A DNA stretch of 64,000 nucleotides. Origin: an uncultured virus (IMG/VR IMGVR_UViG_3300032268_000397). Taxonomy: Duplodnaviria > Heunggongvirae > Uroviricota > Caudoviricetes. Under the pieces are notes generated by a model. The model saw only the letters and a program-made list of their open reading frames with translations. It was not told the DNA's origin and did not search any database. Positions 59,120 through 64,000 of this stretch are shown here, in pieces. Position numbers and translations under genes: made by a program. The first letter of the stretch is position 1. Each line of letters starts with the position of its first letter. The stretch lies in the IMG/VR virus record IMGVR_UViG_3300032268_000397; one strand, given 5' to 3'.

Positions 59120-60583
59120 TTATTTAACACGTAGTACGTTTGTCTCAAGCCACTCTGCAATACTTGCTCTTGTGGCCTCTAATTGATCTACCTCATCAGA
59201 AGCGTTAATTAAAGTGGCTTCGGTTGAATCTACGTTTGTGAAAAGTTCTTCAGTAACTTCATCAGCCTTTGATTCTTCTTCAGCATACTTCTTATCCTTC
59301 TTTTCCTCTACCATTTTTGCGTCTTTCTTACTATCCTCTTGCTTAAGAGCCTTTTCCTTCTTCATTGTAACCTTCTTCATTGCGGCTACGATGAGATCAA
59401 AACTTGTATCGTCTAATTCTTCATAAGAAGCTAGAGACTCTTCTGTTTCTTCTTCTGAGAAACCTAAATCTAGAAGACTAGCTTTACGTGACATCTTACT
59501 CTTTTCCTTCTTCATCATCTTGAGTTCTTCTTCCTTGCTCATCATTTCTTCCTTAGACTTAGCTAAAGCTTCTTCTAAAGATGAAATTGTTACATCTCTT
59601 TCTGATAATGACTTGTTGAGACTTTCAATTGAATCTGCTTTTGTTGTTAGTTCAGCTTGTAGCTTCGAAACAACATCTTCATGCTCTTTTGAATTAAAAG
59701 CTTCAACTGAAGCACGAAGTGTAGCATTTTCTTCTTTGAGAGATGCTAACTCAGCGCGAAGATCAGTCACGTTCTGTTCTAGTACTGTGTTATCTGTCAT
59801 AGTATCTCCTTCACTGTGATTAAACTTAAAAGTTATTGTATTATCTGAGCTAGCACGACTAGCATCTAAGATGACACTTCTTGGGTTGGCAGGCTTTGAT
59901 ACTAAACCTTTACCAGAAAAAGAAATGTCTTTTAAATATCTACCTATCTTACGTCCTTCATACTGTCCAGTTCCACCATAAGCTCTTAAATGCTTTGTTA
60001 AAAACGCCGACGCTTCACTCCTTGGTAATAATGCTGTAGATCCACTTTCATCCATTACCGCGTAATCAAATCCAGAAAAAAGACATTCCATTGAAACAAA
60101 CCATTTGCCTTCTTCAATTTCGGCAATAAGTTGCTTCATCCTGTCTCTATTTTCTTGATTCGTCCAACTGTTGTATAATACAGCTTCTGTTACGATATCG
60201 AAATCAGAAGTATAAGTTTCTACATCAGCTACAGTCGCACCATCACGATCTACTACATAACTACCAGTTATATGCCCAATAATGTCATTCTCATTGTGCA
60301 TAAAATTGAATTGTTTGTCTTCTGGTGTCTTACGAGCAGCCCAAGTTACAGCTGAATCGAAGACATCATCATTTTTATTCCATCCAGTAGAAACCAAAAT
60401 AGACTTAATGTAATATAAATCTATTTGTTTAGGATTAGCACTGTTTGCTATAACCTTATTTACATAGGACGGATTAAGGTCATTTTCTTCTGAAAGTATA
60501 ACTGGCGAACAATATGCTATGGATACTTGTTTTTCTACAAGCTCTCCCACACCATCTTGTAATTCTTTCTTATATACGTTCAT
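59120..60583 (-). CDS. Prohead protease fused to coiled-coil scaffold
   Basis: NKNDDVF, FMHNENDIIGHI, VSMEC, FSGKGLVSKPANPRS (protease-like); C-terminal E/K-rich coiled coil; internal GGAG-ATG (SEGDTMTDN) could start a separate scaffold. Confidence 0.75.
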   Translation of the reverse strand: MNVYKKELQDGVGELVEKQVSIAYCSPVILSEENDLNPSYVNKVIANSANPKQIDLYYIKSILVSTGWNKNDDVFDSAVTWAARKTPEDKQFNFMHNENDIIGHITGSYVVDRDGATVADVETYTSDFDIVTEAVLYNSWTNQENRDRMKQLIAEIEEGKWFVSMECLFSGFDYAVMDESGSTALLPRSEASAFLTKHLRAYGGTGQYEGRKIGRYLKDISFSGKGLVSKPANPRSVILDASRASSDNTITFKFNHSEGDTMTDNTVLEQNVTDLRAELASLKEENATLRASVEAFNSKEHEDVVSKLQAELTTKADSIESLNKSLSERDVTISSLEEALAKSKEEMMSKEEELKMMKKEKSKMSRKASLLDLGFSEEETEESLASYEELDDTSFDLIVAAMKKVTMKKEKALKQEDSKKDAKMVEEKKDKKYAEEESKADEVTEELFTNVDSTEATLINASDEVDQLEATRASIAEWLETNVLRVK

Positions 60584-60600
60584 ATTTACCTCTTATGAAG

Positions 60601-60614
60601 ATAATACACAAAAA
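60601..60614 (-). promoter_or_regulatory. Putative late promoter motif (TTTTTGTGTATTAT) upstream of the protease gene
   Basis: Intergenic; identical to 57553..57566. Confidence 0.6.
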
Positions 60615-60618
60615 ATAG

Positions 60619-62625
60619 TTAAAATTGCATAGTATACTCTATATACTTACCAAGTACGCTATTTTTGTATTCTTCTAGACTTAGTTTGTCTAAAGATATA
60701 CCGCTTGTTTTAAGAATTTTTTTGAAATCTTGTGGAGTTTTTGAATTAGCTTTTAATAATGATACTATATCTTCATTTGATACACTAGATAATGGATTTA
60801 TATTAGTAAAAATATCTAGTTTAATATTTTCTAGCTGTTTACACTCGCTTTTTGTTAACTGTCTAAGGTTAGATTTATTAAGACCATTCAGGTATGGCTC
60901 AACTATAAGAGAGGAAATAGCATTCATTGTATTTTCTGACCAGACTAAAAGCTCTGCAACTCCCGGCTTAGACCTAGGTTTATCAACTCTCTTTTTCCTA
61001 ACATTAGTATCTTGCTTTAGTAGTGGGCGACCATTAGGATTGGGAGGTTGAATAGGTTTTGGAGCATTTTGTTTATCGATCTTAGATTGCTTGTCCATTT
61101 TTTCTAACTCAAATTTTTGATTAGCGTTATGAAAAGGACTAGCTTTAGGTGGGCCAACACTGTCTCTTTTTTCCATTTCTCTTTTTAGTCTTATTCTCTC
61201 TATATCTGGAATTTCTTTAAATCGTTCAATTAAAGTTTCATGACTGATAATATCCCTATCAGCTAATTGTATTAATAGATTCTTTTCAGCAGCCTCATCA
61301 GATAATGTCATTTGATCAAATTGTATATGAGCCTTATATCTAAAACCCATAGCTTTTCTAATTATCTCAATTTCCTTCTCCCAAAAACCCGCCAATTGAT
61401 CGCGTCCGTATTGTAGTCTTTCGACAAGAGTTTTTAGTGATATAAAGTTATTTGTAAATCCTCCACCATTTGTTGCCATGCCGGTTAAAGTTGGTGGAAC
61501 GCCAAGGCCAGCATATATACTATTTAAAACTGAAGTATATTTTTCAGAGCCTAGAAATTTATATACTTCACTACTTGATTCAGTGAAGGAAAGTTCTGGA
61601 CCCCATACTAATTCCATTGTTCCTCCACCCACGTTACTTGCTAATATATCTCTTAGTTTATTGATAGCAGCTTTATTGGGTAGGATTTTATATTCTAAGT
61701 TACCAAGTGTCCATAGTCTTATATTTGATATAGCTCCATCTAGGGCTGATAAATCTGCTAGTCTCATTTTTTCTAACATGACAATATCATCTAAAATAGC
61801 ATATATCATAGGGTTCGCCCACTGTCTCCAATCGTCTTTCTTGTAGTAAAAAACGCTTAATCTCTCTGGGTCTAGTGGAATATCCCTCTCTCCATTAAGT
61901 AAACTTTGTTTTACATTTTTTGGTAGACTTTCAAGAACGTGACTTGGTATATTGCCAGACTGAAATTTATCAAGAAAGTTATCTGCTTTTATTGAAAAAT
62001 TCTTTAGTCCCATGAAAAGTGATAAGTTCCCATCTTTCATCGCAACTGTAAGCGGATTAAAAAAGTTATATCTCCAAGGGATTACATTTTTGTCAGCATT
62101 TGGTACTTCAACTTTAATATCGCTAGCAATAGATTTCATGTAATTATTTAGCTGTGGTGTTACTTTAGCGTAGCTTCGATATATAATTACATTACCACAT
62201 TTATATAGATTGTTAAGAAATCTTTCTGACCTTTCTTTGCCATTGACGCTTTTGAACCATTGCTGATAAAATTTTTCTACACTTTTATCACGATGCACAA
62301 TTTGTATACCTTGACTACCAAAGTCTCCCATTAAGTCAATAATGTTACGAATAATGCCAACTTTGTCATATGCTTCCATGCACATTTTTATGATTCTGCG
62401 CTGTTCAGTAGGAACTGCTTCTTCTGGCCTAAATGCATAATAATCTTTATGCGTAAAACCGGGTCTTACCGATCTATTAGGCTCAATATCTATGAAATTT
62501 CTGTAATGATTACCAACAGATTTATTGACAGAAGAATATTCGCTTACGCTTTCGCTTAATTTGCTCATAGCAACGCTCTTACTGTTTTGATCATCATCAG
62601 ACCATGTAATCATATCGTCAGTCAT
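60619..62625 (-). CDS. Portal protein
   Basis: Follows the terminase; GIIRNIIDLMGDF, IYAGLGVPPTL, IISHETLIE, NGRP motifs; 668 aa. Confidence 0.85.
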   Translation of the reverse strand: MTDDMITWSDDDQNSKSVAMSKLSESVSEYSSVNKSVGNHYRNFIDIEPNRSVRPGFTHKDYYAFRPEEAVPTEQRRIIKMCMEAYDKVGIIRNIIDLMGDFGSQGIQIVHRDKSVEKFYQQWFKSVNGKERSERFLNNLYKCGNVIIYRSYAKVTPQLNNYMKSIASDIKVEVPNADKNVIPWRYNFFNPLTVAMKDGNLSLFMGLKNFSIKADNFLDKFQSGNIPSHVLESLPKNVKQSLLNGERDIPLDPERLSVFYYKKDDWRQWANPMIYAILDDIVMLEKMRLADLSALDGAISNIRLWTLGNLEYKILPNKAAINKLRDILASNVGGGTMELVWGPELSFTESSSEVYKFLGSEKYTSVLNSIYAGLGVPPTLTGMATNGGGFTNNFISLKTLVERLQYGRDQLAGFWEKEIEIIRKAMGFRYKAHIQFDQMTLSDEAAEKNLLIQLADRDIISHETLIERFKEIPDIERIRLKREMEKRDSVGPPKASPFHNANQKFELEKMDKQSKIDKQNAPKPIQPPNPNGRPLLKQDTNVRKKRVDKPRSKPGVAELLVWSENTMNAISSLIVEPYLNGLNKSNLRQLTKSECKQLENIKLDIFTNINPLSSVSNEDIVSLLKANSKTPQDFKKILKTSGISLDKLSLEEYKNSVLGKYIEYTMQF

Positions 62626-62662
62626 ATTAAATCCTTATCAGTTAGATTGTTAGTTCAATAAC

Positions 62663-62673
62663 AATTAATACAC
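62663..62673 (-). promoter_or_regulatory. Putative late promoter motif (GTGTATTAATT) upstream of the portal gene
   Basis: Overlaps the terminase stop codon; identical to 41592..41602. Confidence 0.55.
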
Positions 62674-64000
62674 ATCTTTCATAGTGTCAGTAAACCAGCT
62701 TGGGCCAGAATAGTAATCTTCATCCTTGTTCTTCTTTTGATAATCTCCATTAGCAAATCCGCCATAAAAATTGTATTCGTGAGCAGTCGGTGTTCTTTGT
62801 ATTGTACGCGCAGCCATGTTAGCCATTAACAATGCAGAGTATCTATCTTTTCTGATCTTATTTTTTTTGCCAGTACGAACTAAAACTTCTGGAGTGTCCC
62901 ATCTATCTCTACCATTAGAAGTTTGAGTCATTTGTATCATAGATAATTCATCTTTTAGTTCCTCAATCTCAATTACGCATTCTTCTAAAGTGTCAAACAT
63001 TCGACTTCTAGATATATCTTCTGATTCAGATATAGCCAAACTAATAGCGTCAAAATCTGGGAACAGTAGAACCTTGTCTTCAAAATCCTTTCTCATTCCA
63101 TGATTAGCTTCTGCTAGCCATTCATGTCTAGCAAATTGACACATCTCTAATATGTGTAGTCCGCGCTCATCGTCTGTATCCTTTGGTTTACTATCTTCAA
63201 TAGTAGGCCACACTAGAAATTCTCCAGGTTTTAATTTATCTTTATCGTGCAACGATTCCATGACTGCTATACCGCCGCCCTGCGCGTCAATAGAAACGTG
63301 TAGGCATGGAAATAGCTGCATTAAATCTCTAATTTTTCTAGCACAATATGAGTAGAAGTCTGTTTCAGATACATAGCCCTTTTTAACTTTTTCTTTATGC
63401 TCTGTTCGCGTAGTTGTCCAACAATGTACTATTTTTCTATAGTTACCATCTAGTTCTAAAACAACAATACTAAAATTATCAACTTCTGAAGCAGGGTCTA
63501 CGCCGTATACATAACGCTTTTCTTTATTACCAATTAAAGATGCGTTGAAATGTATTGTGTTGCCGTTACTATCTATAATGTTATTAGATACTGAAGCAAT
63601 ACAGGATTCTACCAATGATCTTTTAAAAAACCCTTGAGAGTCTCTTGTAAAACAAGCTCCGTACTCCATTTGGTAAATACCAGTATGTACAGTCGCTTTA
63701 GATCTTGCTACTTGATCGGCATCCATAAAGCCTTTAGGTAGCAATTCATAAGGTATACGTATTATAGAATATTGCTTCCAATCAAAATTTTCTGGAGGAT
63801 CTTCTCCAAAAATTTCGCGTAACATATTTGCATCACCCTTACTTTTAATTATAGATTTCCACTTTTTCCAATAAGTAGCAAAGTGATTAAAATCATAGTA
63901 AGCAGTTCCAGATAAAATAATTTGATTGTCTTTTTTGATCTCTACAGGTTTATCAAGATCAATACCTAACTCTATGGCTTTTTGCTCTGCCGCCAATCTC
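62665..64000 (-). CDS. terL: Terminase large subunit, C-terminal part (5'-truncated by the window)
   Basis: ILSGTA (motif C-like), YQMEYGACF, YVYGVDPA (RNase H-fold catalytic Asp), SIDAQGGG, KDRYSAL; Walker A/B not in the window. Confidence 0.9.
   Translation of the reverse strand, partial: RLAAEQKAIELGIDLDKPVEIKKDNQIILSGTAYYDFNHFATYWKKWKSIIKSKGDANMLREIFGEDPPENFDWKQYSIIRIPYELLPKGFMDADQVARSKATVHTGIYQMEYGACFTRDSQGFFKRSLVESCIASVSNNIIDSNGNTIHFNASLIGNKEKRYVYGVDPASEVDNFSIVVLELDGNYRKIVHCWTTTRTEHKEKVKKGYVSETDFYSYCARKIRDLMQLFPCLHVSIDAQGGGIAVMESLHDKDKLKPGEFLVWPTIEDSKPKDTDDERGLHILEMCQFARHEWLAEANHGMRKDFEDKVLLFPDFDAISLAISESEDISRSRMFDTLEECVIEIEELKDELSMIQMTQTSNGRDRWDTPEVLVRTGKKNKIRKDRYSALLMANMAARTIQRTPTAHEYNFYGGFANGDYQKKNKDEDYYSGPSWFTDTMKDVY

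Noticed and set aside
658..63355. Short plus-strand and off-frame minus-strand ORFs in the ORF track
   Set aside because: They lie within or antisense to long, well-supported minus-strand genes and show no recognisable motifs; treated as shadow ORFs.
1..64000. tRNA, rRNA or other structured RNA genes
   Set aside because: Intergenic gaps are all about 100 nt or less and show no cloverleaf or rRNA-like sequence by eye.

Overview
This window is the virion morphogenesis region of a large, AT-rich tailed dsDNA phage (Caudoviricetes). Essentially all coding is on the minus strand with tight gene packing, and the standard code gives long ORFs. Transcription order (right to left): terminase large subunit (5'-truncated), portal, prohead protease/scaffold, head decoration, major capsid, about 18 kb of fibre/adhesin genes containing sulfotransferase-like and 2OG-Fe(II) oxygenase genes, head-tail adaptor, about 10 kb more fibre genes, head closure, neck, tail terminator, tail tube, three chaperone-position genes, a 4356-aa tape measure protein (TMP), and a >3306-aa tail-tip ORF that runs off the window and is absent from the ORF track. 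No sheath gene lies beside the tube gene, so the tail is probably long and non-contractile. Main highlights: (1) the TMP looks like a polyprotein, with nuclease-like, nucleotidyltransferase-like, zincin and GNAT domains separated by about 16 recurring [F/Y]xxGG-type motifs; (2) a possible multivalent docking-peptide system pairing scaffold fibres with two paralogous lectin-like subunits; (3) a duplicated tail-chaperone pair with an RBS-occluding hairpin and a 9-codon leader, possibly replacing the G/GT frameshift; (4) a recurring GTGTAT late-promoter-like motif; (5) Ser-Gly enrichment next to sulfotransferase-like genes. All product calls come from motif recognition and synteny by eye; no database searches were run.
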